Positions 41,087 to 50,934 of a stretch of 64,000 nucleotides of DNA are shown piece after piece; the stretch's first letter is position 1; the number at the start of each line of letters is the position of its first letter. Both the position numbers and the translations under genes were made by a program. Origin of the DNA: Candidatus Obscuribacteraceae bacterium. GTDB taxonomy: Bacteria; Cyanobacteriota; Vampirovibrionia; Obscuribacterales; Obscuribacteraceae. The stretch is taken from contig JBGAHS010000001.1 in NCBI GenBank assembly GCA_044226015.1, positions 1,216,001 to 1,280,000 on the forward strand, read 5' to 3'. Below the pieces are notes generated by a model. That model worked only from the letters and a program-made list of their open reading frames with translations, did not search any database and had not been told where the DNA came from.

Positions 41087-42345
41087 ACAAGATCCTCCCC
41101 GAGCCCGTTCGCTAGCTCTCGAAGGGACTCAAGATCTACCTTTGAGTATATTCGGGTAGAATCGGCTGAACGGTGACCAACATAATCGCCAATTTGCTTG
41201 AAGGAGAATTGTGCTTCCACAAGTCTTTGCACACACGTATGCCTCAGAGTGTGCGAGCCGCTTCTTGGGACATCGATACCGGCTCTCCGCAAATAATACG
41301 ATGTTCGACAAGAAACACCCTGCCACGTCAAAGGAGCGAGTGGTGCAAGAACATGGAGGAAAATATGTCGCTCAGTTGTTTTTGGACGATCCTTTTTGAG
41401 ATACTCAAGTATCGCATCGCCACAGACTTTGGAAAGCGGATAAGCAGTTGAATGGCCAGCCTTCCGTTCTGGAATTCGCAATCGCTCAGCCTTCCAATCG
41501 ATGTCATCCAACGTAATAGCCGCTACTTCACGAGCGCGCAGTCCGTATGTCACGAGTAACAGAAGGATTGCATAGTCGCGCCTTCCAACAGATGTTCGCA
41601 AATCAACAGACTCTAGCATAAGTCGGACTTGATCCCACGTAATCGACCTCGGATAATCAGCGTGCTTGTACTTTTGAGGAGACTCCAGCGCTGTGCTTAG
41701 GTCCCTGTCAATTAAGCGCTCCCTGTATAGATACCTCAATAAAACTCTCACTGCGCTCGTAACGCTAACGAGGCAAGATTTTCCCATTTGATCTTTGATA
41801 TCTACAACAAAGCCACTAAGTATGGCTGGAGAAAGCTCATTGACGTGCTTTACTTTTATTCGCTCTAAATAGGTTTGAAAGATACGCAAAGCATAATCGT
41901 AAAGACGCACCGTCCACTTGCTCAACCCTCGTTCATCTTGCAAGTACTTGAAGAACATGTCTGTGAACTCAAAGCTCGGTGCCGCACTGTAGCGAGTTCG
42001 AGTGATGCATACATAGTCGGGTAAGACAACCTTGATCATTTGTCGCAGTGGACCGCTAACTTCCTTCATTAGGGCGACTTGCCTGTATTTGCTTCGGTTG
42101 CTTTTACTTTGTTCTTGGTGACGAGCGAACTCCATGATGAAAGGTGGTAGATCCGAGATGCTCTTGGCGCCCCGCTCTTGAGCATAGTTGGCGAAATTGA
42201 TTAGTATTGGTACTCGACGTGTAATCGTTTTTGCAGAATAGCCTCTTTCTTCGAGCCATTTTACGTAAAGCTCGATGCTATCTGAAATCCAACACTGCTT
42301 TATTCGATCAACTGTTTGGGGTTTTAAGAAGTAGCGTTCTAACAT
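41083..42345 (-). CDS. ritA: RIT tyrosine recombinase A
   Basis: RRDYAILLLLVTYGLRAREV, GSHTLRH, VGHRSADSTRIY; start set at MLERYF (AGGAG RBS). Confidence 0.9.
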   Translation of the reverse strand: MLERYFLKPQTVDRIKQCWISDSIELYVKWLEERGYSAKTITRRVPILINFANYAQERGAKSISDLPPFIMEFARHQEQSKSNRSKYRQVALMKEVSGPLRQMIKVVLPDYVCITRTRYSAAPSFEFTDMFFKYLQDERGLSKWTVRLYDYALRIFQTYLERIKVKHVNELSPAILSGFVVDIKDQMGKSCLVSVTSAVRVLLRYLYRERLIDRDLSTALESPQKYKHADYPRSITWDQVRLMLESVDLRTSVGRRDYAILLLLVTYGLRAREVAAITLDDIDWKAERLRIPERKAGHSTAYPLSKVCGDAILEYLKKDRPKTTERHIFLHVLAPLAPLTWQGVSCRTSYYLRRAGIDVPRSGSHTLRHTCVQRLVEAQFSFKQIGDYVGHRSADSTRIYSKVDLESLRELANGLGEDLV

Positions 42346-42508
42346 GACAATCTCCTTTCGAAACGGTTCCGAAGAAGATATGCCGCAACCAAAGCAAAAA
42401 TTATGTGTCCCAAAACTCAATAGAGACTGACGCTTCTGCGTGCGGTCGCAACAAAAGGAACATAATCAAGAAGGGCACAAAAGCCAGATTATGTTTCGTG
42501 GAACATAA

Positions 42509-42953
42509 TCTGGCACGATCGCCTGCGGGCAACCGCCGAAATACTCAAACGCATGCGCTTGTCCTGTGCACCAGCTTTGAGCTGTTTCTCCAAAGAACAG
42601 CTCAGCATAAGAATAATTGCTTGCACCGAGTGTGCAGACAAAAAGTTTGGCATCGCGCGTCACTCCTGTTTCCGGATCGGTGATTGCGAGCGTGCCACCT
42701 GAAAAATCGGAGAAAGCTTTGTCACCACCGCTGTGGTCTTGCTTCATCGTCAGATTGCGTTCCGAAGACCAGCGCCGAAAATACTCGGTGAACTGTGTGT
42801 ACTCATAGCCATTTGGATTCTGTTGCTTGTATTCAAGCCACAACAGGCTCAGTGTCACACCTTTTCGTTTTCGCTCCTGGTAAACATGATCAAAATCAGG
42901 CAGTGGTCTCGCCTCTCGCTCGTTCTCTGTGAGCTTGGGATAAAGCAACAAGT
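42509..42953 (-). pseudogene. istA: IS21 istA relic, 5' part
   Basis: KGVTLSLLWLEY..GYEYTQF..LFVCTLGASNYSYAE..FEYFGGCPQAIVPD, cut by the RIT. Confidence 0.88.
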
Positions 42954-43122
42954 AGTTGCACAGAGCCAGGATGTAGATTCTTCTTCAGGGCAAGCCCTAG
43001 CAAGAATGCAGATTTCATCGAAATGGTCGTGCACGGCTGCACTGTTCGTATCAACCATGGATCGGATTTCACGCTTTTGGACCGAATACTTAGTTTCTTG
43101 TTTCTTTGCGGAAAGAAGAATG

Positions 43123-44274
43123 CTAATGCTTTTGAAACTCGATTTTGCGAATACGCCAGTAACCATCTATTTTCAGCAATACAAACGTGATTAAACCAAA
43201 ACTCTCTTTGAAGAAGCACTTGCTATCGACGAAAACCCTCACCATGTTGGGAAGCGACATCTGAATCTTAAATCCGGTAGGATTCATGATTCTTCTTCCT
43301 GTTTCAAGGTCAATAATGCATGGATCTAAACTCCTAACGGGCGCGGCATTACTTGTGGCGCGCTCTTGCTTCAGTGAATGCAGTATGAGTTCATTTGCTG
43401 ACGTTGCACCAAAAAGGCGTAACGCTGTCTTTCTATCCAAATTCTTCATCAGAACTTGATTAATAGAAATGTTAGGTGCTAGTACCGAGGAAAAATCTCT
43501 TGCGTCCGAGCGGGTTGCCACGATATCAAAAAACTCAACAATGCAGTCCATTGCGCTCGCCAAGGAGGCTCCCTTCTGGTCGATTTCAAGGCTGGTCAAA
43601 TCATTTCCACTGGTTGTTCTTTGAAAAGTGAGCGACACTGGAGTTCCGATTTTTAGCCATTCCAGATTGTAAACTGAAAGATATTTCTGTGCGTTCAAAA
43701 CTACAATCGTATTCGTAGAATCGAGAATTTCAATTTGGCTTATTTTTATATTTGAATTTTCTGCATCGGTCCTAATCGAAGCTATGACGCCGGATACAGC
43801 ATTTGGCTCAAGACTCTCAATTGTGCTATGAGGAAGGTAGTACGCAATGCCTGCTGACACCAACGAATAGTAAATAAGCAAAGATGTACGCTTTTTGGGA
43901 AAGTATTTGGTGACATAAACCACGGCTTCCGGCTCTTCGGCGTCTGCAAGTAAGCCGAAGAGCAAACTGTTAGCAAAAGTCGCATATACAGAAAAGATTG
44001 GCACAAAACAGTTTCGCTTAGGTGCTAAAAAAATTGCTACTGCAGAGCAAATGCTCCAAAATTGCAATGTATATAAAACGATGGTCGAAGATTCCTGCCA
44101 ACGAAGATTTGCCGCGATAACATACGTGGTGCCAGCTATTGGAGCGATAAGCATGTACCAGCAGTAAGCGCTACTTATTTTGGCTACTTTTCCTTTCCAT
44201 AGCTGCCATCCAGTGGCGAGAACGGGTAGCAATAAAGCCGCCCAGCCCAACAATGCTCTGACTATTGAATCCAT
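43123..44274 (-). CDS. Multi-TM membrane protein, putative partner of cassette 8
   Basis: Start moved to ATG 44274, 16 bp after the tip stop; about 5 TM segments then a soluble domain. Confidence 0.6.
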   Translation of the reverse strand: MDSIVRALLGWAALLLPVLATGWQLWKGKVAKISSAYCWYMLIAPIAGTTYVIAANLRWQESSTIVLYTLQFWSICSAVAIFLAPKRNCFVPIFSVYATFANSLLFGLLADAEEPEAVVYVTKYFPKKRTSLLIYYSLVSAGIAYYLPHSTIESLEPNAVSGVIASIRTDAENSNIKISQIEILDSTNTIVVLNAQKYLSVYNLEWLKIGTPVSLTFQRTTSGNDLTSLEIDQKGASLASAMDCIVEFFDIVATRSDARDFSSVLAPNISINQVLMKNLDRKTALRLFGATSANELILHSLKQERATSNAAPVRSLDPCIIDLETGRRIMNPTGFKIQMSLPNMVRVFVDSKCFFKESFGLITFVLLKIDGYWRIRKIEFQKH

Positions 44275-44290
44275 TCTTACGAGCCTTTTC

Positions 44291-45523
44291 TTAACCGTAA
44301 CCGAAACGAATGCCTTTTCCGTAATTTTTCGTATGGGGAATTCCTTCTGGATTCCAGGGGTGGTCAATGACAGGAGGCAGTGGTGACTTGCCCTTGCAAT
44401 CAGCAGGGTCTTCTGGTTCCGCGCCTGTCCCAGGTCCGCCTGGAGACCATGGGATAGAAGCCCCAGGAGCAAATCGATTGGGATACCCGATTCCAACTGA
44501 TTTAAGTAAATACGGCCATATTTGATTACTGGTAGTACCAGTACCGGTAACTCCTGGTACCAATTGATAAGGGTGCGGATGTTCCAGAAAGTACGCCTGC
44601 AATATAAAAGCCCGATGGATTAACTCATTTATTTGGGCGTCGGTTGCTTCGAGCGGTTCAGGATCTAATCCGCCCCATAGATTAGTTCCAGGCCGTTTAA
44701 CATCATTTCTAATCGTAACTCTCATGTTTCCAGTGAAATTAGAACCATACATTCCGTTAATGGCCCATTTTGTGCCATCGGTTCTTTCTATGTAGATTCC
44801 TGTATGGATGCTAAAAATGATGTTGTATAAATAAATCTTATCGAGCCCCATGGGGTCGATGGAGCTGATTGGGTTTCCATCCACGTAGCCATATAAATTT
44901 CCATTACCTTTGGGGTCTCTACTAAGCCATCTTCCTAAACCTGCGTTGTATTGCCGAAAGAGGGTTAAGTCGAACCCTGACCTCTGGTTTATGTACATCC
45001 CAGCATATTGAAAATCCGCGTCCTGACTGCCAGCAATCCGAGTGACCTGTCCATAAGGACTATAGCCATACTGAGCTTCTATGGTAGTGGTCCCACTGTT
45101 CGTCTTAGTCATTTCTCTTATGGACCCCAAATGATCCCCGGTGTAAAAGTAGGTGGTAGGCGTTGAGCTTGCAAAGTTGACCTGCCCCCCGTCAAAGAAC
45201 TGCTTTCCATTACTCAAGCTACCAGATATATCCCGCTCCTCGCATCTTGCTGTGTCACACCAAATGTGTTGCAGCGTCGACGTGACACTACCTGCGGTTC
45301 GCTCTTCGATCTTCGTAGCGCGAGAGAAGACATCATACGAAAATTGGGTGTTATTTCCCGAGCCCGGATAAGTAATCTGAATCAGCCTGTTTTCGGCATC
45401 CCAGGAGTAGGTGTTTGTTCCGTCGCTCGTCATATTGCCATTCGCGTCGTATTGCAGTGTTGCAGATGACGCCGAGTTGATGGTTATCGGATACGAATTG
45501 GTTGCCGCTGTGCCGCCGCCACT
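44291..45523 (-). CDS. Rhs cassette 8, retaining extra body sequence upstream of a body-type site (GNNTQ)
   Basis: 45523-45333 nearly identical to body 61571-61761; NPISSIDPMG; tip with HTGI..SNQ. Confidence 0.88.
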   Translation of the reverse strand, partial: SGGGTAATNSYPITINSASSATLQYDANGNMTSDGTNTYSWDAENRLIQITYPGSGNNTQFSYDVFSRATKIEERTAGSVTSTLQHIWCDTARCEERDISGSLSNGKQFFDGGQVNFASSTPTTYFYTGDHLGSIREMTKTNSGTTTIEAQYGYSPYGQVTRIAGSQDADFQYAGMYINQRSGFDLTLFRQYNAGLGRWLSRDPKGNGNLYGYVDGNPISSIDPMGLDKIYLYNIIFSIHTGIYIERTDGTKWAINGMYGSNFTGNMRVTIRNDVKRPGTNLWGGLDPEPLEATDAQINELIHRAFILQAYFLEHPHPYQLVPGVTGTGTTSNQIWPYLLKSVGIGYPNRFAPGASIPWSPGGPGTGAEPEDPADCKGKSPLPPVIDHPWNPEGIPHTKNYGKGIRFGYG

Positions 45524-45597
45524 TGCCACGTTGCCCGGAGTCGCACTAATGTATTGCGTTTCTCGCTTGTTTCATAATAGCCGACTTGGTAGCAATC

Positions 45598-46068
45598 TCA
45601 TTCATCACTGGTGCTGCTATTTACTAGAGCAAAGTAATGTTTGCCTTCCTGTTGCCCGCCATAGAATAGAGCGACAGTCGCTCCAGGAGTGAGACTCTTG
45701 CTCGTTATCAGAAATCCGTATTTTGTGAAACCATCCACTTCCACCAGATAGCCTTCTTTGACCTGCTTCACAACAGTTCCGCCATAGAGTTTCTCCCATT
45801 CCACTTTGCCGGGTTTGAACAGCTCGACCGGCAATCCCACGCTTTTTCGGTGGGCAAAAAGAGCAGAATGACAGGACAGGCACAGAACTGAGATAGGGTT
45901 GACTTCACCGGGTTTGTGCCACAAGTTATCGATACAGGCTCTACAGAATAGTACTGTATCGCTTGTGGAGCAATGATATGCATGTATCCAGAGAAAGCAC
46001 TGATAACAAATTGTCGGATCTGGCTCTTGTTCCCCAGGGGTACACATGATGCAAAAATTAGTTCTCAC
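45598..46068 (-). CDS. Cys-rich (CxxC) partner of cassette 9
   Basis: Starts 1 bp after the tip stop; four CxxC motifs. Confidence 0.55.
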   Translation of the reverse strand: MRTNFCIMCTPGEQEPDPTICYQCFLWIHAYHCSTSDTVLFCRACIDNLWHKPGEVNPISVLCLSCHSALFAHRKSVGLPVELFKPGKVEWEKLYGGTVVKQVKEGYLVEVDGFTKYGFLITSKSLTPGATVALFYGGQQEGKHYFALVNSSTSDE

Positions 46069-46069
46069 T

Positions 46070-46966
46070 CTAGGAAGCCTTCCTTAACGGTGGTCGAGGT
46101 TTGAATGGTTTTACGTTGTCTGGTTTGGGAGCCGGCTCTCCGCCATCTCCATCTGGGTTAGGCGGTTTGGGTGAGAAGTGGTTGGCGCAATCATTCAAGC
46201 ACTTGCCGTAGGCTCCCTCAACCGCAGTCAAGCAGTTCATTTTCCAAAACGGATTGTGCGGGCACTCATTTTCGCATTTCTTGTTTAGCTCATTTTTCGC
46301 CTTGTCACATGATGCCAGGCAACCTTCTAGGGTTCCCCTAAAATCAGGAAAAATTTTGACTTCGAAGTAAGCCCTTGCAACTTCTTTGCCCCTAACGAAC
46401 ATGTGTGCTCTCGTTAGCTCCCATCCACCAGCACTGGGAGCAGTTCCTAGTGGGTCGGTTTCTAAGGTCGGCGTGTTTTCTCCATACGAATAGAGGTTCA
46501 TTCCGCCATGCTCATCAATAGGGTCTCTATTTACAAATCTCGCAAGATTAGGATTATAAGCCCTGAATACCGGCATGTTAAACAAGCTTCTAGTGTGGAA
46601 GTAATACTCAGCATACTGAAAGTCAGCATTCTGACTGCCAGCCAGCTTGGTAGCTTGACCATAAGGGTCATATCCGTACTGAGCTTCTATTGTTGTACTT
46701 CCAGCAGCAGTCTTAGTCATCTCGCGAACAGAACCTAAGTGATCTGCGGTGTAAAAATAGCTTGCCCCTATGCCGCTGTCGAAATTAATCTGACCAAGTG
46801 CCAGCAATCGCTTGCCATTACTCAAACTACCAGTGCCATCTCTTTCCTCGCACCTAGCCGATCCACACCACAAATGTTGCTTTGTCGACGTAACACTGCC
46901 ACCCGTGCGCTCCTCAATTTTCGTGGCGCGCGAAAGTGCATCATACGAAAATTGGGTGATGTTTCC
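46070..46966 (-). CDS. Silent Rhs cassette 9, Cys-rich tip
   Basis: Site, core, PTLETDPLG; CLASCD..CENEC..CLNDC. Confidence 0.88.
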   Translation of the reverse strand, partial: GNITQFSYDALSRATKIEERTGGSVTSTKQHLWCGSARCEERDGTGSLSNGKRLLALGQINFDSGIGASYFYTADHLGSVREMTKTAAGSTTIEAQYGYDPYGQATKLAGSQNADFQYAEYYFHTRSLFNMPVFRAYNPNLARFVNRDPIDEHGGMNLYSYGENTPTLETDPLGTAPSAGGWELTRAHMFVRGKEVARAYFEVKIFPDFRGTLEGCLASCDKAKNELNKKCENECPHNPFWKMNCLTAVEGAYGKCLNDCANHFSPKPPNPDGDGGEPAPKPDNVKPFKPRPPLRKAS

Positions 46967-47002
46967 AGGATTCTTCTGCAAAATCCTGGCTTTGTTACAA
47001 CG

Positions 47003-47371
47003 CTATGACCTGAAAGAAAGTACCACAAGGTAACTTAGTATTGAGTAGAAAATGAGAAGGATGATCCACAGCCAGCGTGGCGCTTTCGGATGGAAAATGA
47101 ATATAGCTGCAATTAAGTGTGTTGCTAACCACACAACGCGGCATGTAGCGGATGCTTGAAACCCTAGCACAAAGGTGAGGCAAACAGAAGCTGGATTGAA
47201 ATACCCAAGTAAATCTCCAAAAGCTATATTGCCAAAATGGTAGACCACTCCTGCACCTAATGCCGTGCCCAGGTAATTGCTTAAGAGTACAAACGCGAAC
47301 TTACTTAGCAAATTAGTTGGGGAGAATGATTGTTGTGTCAGCTTCTTCATACTGCTTAGTGTATCGGCCAA
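47003..47371 (-). CDS. Small membrane protein, putative immunity of cassette 10
   Basis: About 4 TM segments; overlaps the tip end. Confidence 0.6.
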   Translation of the reverse strand: MADTLSSMKKLTQQSFSPTNLLSKFAFVLLSNYLGTALGAGVVYHFGNIAFGDLLGYFNPASVCLTFVLGFQASATCRVVWLATHLIAAIFIFHPKAPRWLWIILLIFYSILSYLVVLSFRS

Positions 47372-48300
47372 GGTCCGGACGGAAGGGGATATTGAGGTTG
47401 ATTTTTGATGAATACGTCTTTGTTATCGTTTGGAGGGAAGTCTTTGAACAAAATGATCTGAGCACCTGGGTCACCAATTTCATATCCATATTTATTAAAT
47501 GCACCGGAGAGGCAATCACCTAGTTTCTTATCACAGTCCTTCCTTTTTCCACGCCTGCAGTCGTCTTTCTCTCCGGCCGCATTGTGTAAGCAGACGTCGT
47601 GATAGTAATAACACCAGTCTCGCGCATCCAAAGGGCGGCGTCATCCCTTCTGCCCTTCATGAGGAAATTTTCCGAGTTCGCCACCGATAGGATGTCCGCC
47701 GTTCGCTAGTCCTTGTCCTCCCCATTCTCCATAATTAAACTCGCGAAAATCAAACCCCTGCTTGTAAAATTGTCCCTCATCTTTAGGCATAAATCCAATC
47801 GGATCTGTGAGCTGGGTGGGACTATTAGCCACATAGGCGAACAGATTGACTCCGCCTCGCTCGCTTATGGGGTCGCGATTTATGAACCTTCCAAGCAAAG
47901 GACTATAGAGTCTGTAAATTGGTTTGCAAAGTTTGCTTCGCTGATGAATGAAGTAACCCGCAAACCGAAAGTCGGATTCCTCCAACCCGGAAATCTTCGT
48001 GGATTCACCAAATGGTGAATAGTAATACTGAGCCTGAATTACGCCTGCGCTATTTGTCATTTCTCGTACGGACTTGATGTGATCAAGGGAATATAAATAA
48101 TTCGTTGCACTAACACTTATGTTTAATTGAGCCAGTCCGAAGAACTCTCTTGTCAGGCTACCGAATGCATCTCTTTCATCTATCCAATCAGCATCACACC
48201 ACAAATGTTGCTTCGTCGAAGTGGCACTGCCAACGGTGCGCTCCTCATTACCGTGGCGCGCAGAGAAGTGCATCCATACGAAAATTAGACGGTGTTTCTC
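47356..48300 (-). pseudogene. Degenerate Rhs cassette 10, phospholipase A2-like tip
   Basis: Mutated site; in-frame TGA at 47641-47643; NYGEWGGQG..PLDARDWCYYYHDVC..CDKKLGDCL. Confidence 0.75.
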
Positions 48301-48377
48301 CTGTTGAATCTGATTGGATTTCAGAAGATCTGGAAAGAGAGTCGGCTTAAGTCACCAACAAAGTTTCTTAAGTTCAA

Positions 48378-48465
48378 TGTCAAGTCACTAATTTCGACTT
48401 GTCGACGACATGGGATTGATCCGTTCTCATCTTATTTAACTGCTGTCATCCAAAAACTTAGCCAA
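48378..48465 (+). pseudogene. IS66 TnpC C-terminal remnant
   Basis: SLISTCRRHGIDPFSSYLTAVIQKL resembles the IS66 C-terminal motif. Confidence 0.55.
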
Positions 48466-48779
48466 AACCCTTGCTTCCTTTCAACTGAAAACTTGATGAT
48501 TCGGGCGTCTAGATCCGGCGGTTTACCGAGTTAAAAAAACAAATTGATCTACGGTTAGATAAAGAATCGATGCCAGTGAGCACTGATATGTGTTTTGCAA
48601 TTCTCCTGCAAGTCACCGATGGCAGATAATCGTGCCACTTCTTATGGTGGCAGATTCTGTCCTCATCATTGCGTTAGCTTACGCATAAAAGCGGGAAAAT
48701 ATATAGAGGACTAACGACACTTTTATAATAGGAAAAGATCACATTCTCATTTGGCACCTCCCACCGGAGGAACAGCTTA

Positions 48780-49274
48780 ATGGCGACTCGCTCTAAACTT
48801 CTGTCCGGGAACATGCGCATGAACTCACAATATCTTACGACTTATAATTCCTGTTCAAAATATGAAGATTGCGGAACAGCAACGCAAAATCATGATGATT
48901 ACATAACAAAGACAAATTTTCACACAGAATTCATTAGAAATAAGTGGTTCAAATTTAGCTGCAAGAAATATGCAATTAAAAATGACCATTGCTACGAAAT
49001 GTATGCTGTGAGAATAACTTATGATGGGCAGCGAGCAATTTTTTCCCTCTATTCAGAGGAGGAAGAAATGTCTTTGGAAGCTTGCGTCGGAAGGGCTTCA
49101 GTCTACTCTAATAGAACCGTCGATGTGATTCCCAGATTGCTGCTTGAACTTCCAAAATATGACTGCTGGTTAGAGACTGGTTCTGAGGAAGGTATCGTAT
49201 CACTTGAGGCAAGTTCAGAGTTTGAAGGTAAGCTATCAGTTTTTGTAAGTCTCCCTGAGCTGGTAATTACGTGA
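48780..49274 (+). CDS. Convergent partner of cassette 11
   Basis: YNSCSKYEDCG..TNFHTEFIR..FKF; same family as 23715 and 29952. Confidence 0.6.
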   Translation: MATRSKLLSGNMRMNSQYLTTYNSCSKYEDCGTATQNHDDYITKTNFHTEFIRNKWFKFSCKKYAIKNDHCYEMYAVRITYDGQRAIFSLYSEEEEMSLEACVGRASVYSNRTVDVIPRLLLELPKYDCWLETGSEEGIVSLEASSEFEGKLSVFVSLPELVIT

Positions 49275-49381
49275 GCTGTTTGCCATTGGAAATTTCTGTG
49301 TGAAGGGCAAACAATGTCATCCTCCACCGATGGGACTGAGACAACCTCAATTGGAATTCGCAGGTATTTAATTCGTTGAAC

Positions 49382-50384
49382 CTATAGTTTGTAACCAGGA
49401 TCTCTAGGAAGTCTCCGAGGGGTTAGTCCCGGAAAATTCGGCAAATATTTAGATAGGGGTATGCCATTTGGATGCCGATCTTGTCCTTTCTTACAGGCGG
49501 CAACATCACTCGCGAAAGTAGCCTCGGCGTCATCCTCATAGACTGGTATCATTCCACAATTCATCTGCTTTCCCTTATTTATGAGATAGTTGAAGAAAGC
49601 TTTTAGCAAGCAGTAGTCAAAGCGCGAACGATATGTATCCGTAGGTTGGTCTAGCGAAGGGGCTCCGCCGCCGCCACCACCGCCGCCACCACCTCCGTCA
49701 TCGCAATCACCTTTGTCGTCGTCCTTCTCTTTGTCCTCGTCGTCCCCGCTATTGTGTGCTTCCCTGGATGAGGATTTGTTGGTGCGGGAGGTTCTTGTGG
49801 TTTTGACCTAGGAACTGGCATGGGACGAGTCATTAGCGGTGGCACCCGCATGGCTATTGTCACCCATCCGCTGGAGTCTTTAGATGAAACTGGGTTATTG
49901 TCTACGTATCCATAAAGGTTTACCCCGCCGTTTTCGCCAATCGAATCTCGATTGATGAACTTAGCTCCGTTCGCATTGTAAAATCGTGTGACCGTTGCGT
50001 ACAAAGACGATCTTGAATTCAGGTAATATCCAGCGTAGTATTGAAAAATCGAGTCTCCGGAGCCTTGATTTTTGTTTTGACTCCGTACGGATCATAGCTA
50101 CACTGCGTAATCACGCCACCGGTGGCGTCAATCATTTCTCTGATACTTCCGGGTGAAGCATCCAAAGTGTAGAAGTAATTACTTCCAACTCCGCTCACGA
50201 AGTTCCTTTGTCCCAGAGCCAAGAATAGCTTTCCGGTGCTTAAGGACCCTGTTGCGTCTCTCTCCTCTACTCTTTCAGAGCGACACCACAAATGTTGCTT
50301 CGCAGACGTGACACTGCCAGCGGTGCGCTCCTCGATTTTCGTGGCGCGCGAAATTGCATCATACGAAAATTGGGTGATGTTTCC
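49382..50384 (-). pseudogene. Rhs cassette 11, frameshifted near-duplicate of cassette 5 with a different tip end
   Basis: About 700 bp nearly identical to 30915-31627; indels split it into 3 ORFs. Confidence 0.85.
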
Positions 50385-50618
50385 AGTGGGATTTGATTGG
50401 ATTTCAGACCAGCCGGAAGAGTGTTGCTTAGATCTTTTTTTGCCGCAAGGCATTCAAAATCCAGCTACAGCCAAATTGTCTGGGATGCATAACTTCGGTA
50501 ATTCAGCTTTGACGAAGATAGCTTATGTGAGCATATGTTCCGAGATTTCAATAATAAAAGAAATACTTGCGCAAAAGCGCTTTAACCTTGTAAATATAGT
50601 ATCTGTCAACAGTCGGAG

Positions 50619-50909
50619 CTAGTCATTTGAAAATGATTTGAAAGACGACAAGACCTGTTCTAGATTCTTGGGGCCGCAAGCCGCATTGAAAAATCCGTCT
50701 TCAACCCAACAGTGAAACCAATCTGTATCGGTAGTTTCCACTCTTAAATCAGCAAACTCTCTATTCTCCAAGTTTGTGTCAGTTAATCTTATTTTTAATC
50801 TCCAGCCCGGATTATCGAGAGTGGAAATTTCGATACCATAATCGTGCTCCCATTCACCATTGCATTGTGCGGAATACCATTCTTGTAGGTAATTTAACGG
50901 CGAATCCAT
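50619..50909 (-). CDS. Immunity protein Imm53 family
   Basis: LQEWYSAQCNGEWEHDYGIEISTLDNPGW..FNAACGPKNL. Confidence 0.88.
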   Translation of the reverse strand: MDSPLNYLQEWYSAQCNGEWEHDYGIEISTLDNPGWRLKIRLTDTNLENREFADLRVETTDTDWFHCWVEDGFFNAACGPKNLEQVLSSFKSFSND

Positions 50910-50934
50910 TACTAGTCCTCCATATACCAATCTT

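Larger units (their letters stand above)
39011..42514 (-). mobile_element. RIT (recombinase in trio) element inserted in IS21 istA
   Basis: Three overlapping tyrosine recombinases; inverted repeat TCTGGCTTTTGTG.CC (39011) / GG.CACAAAAGCCAGA (42473-42488); TCTGGC at both junctions. Confidence 0.9.

Noticed and set aside
39144..42345. RIT recombinases as the dedicated cassette-switching enzymes
   Set aside because: They have their own termini, unrelated to the cassette site, and sit inside an IS21 relic, indicating a later insertion; not formally excluded
48628..48658. Hairpin AATCGTGCCAC..GTGGCAGATT as an ncRNA or element end
   Set aside because: Isolated imperfect stem with no second copy or other support
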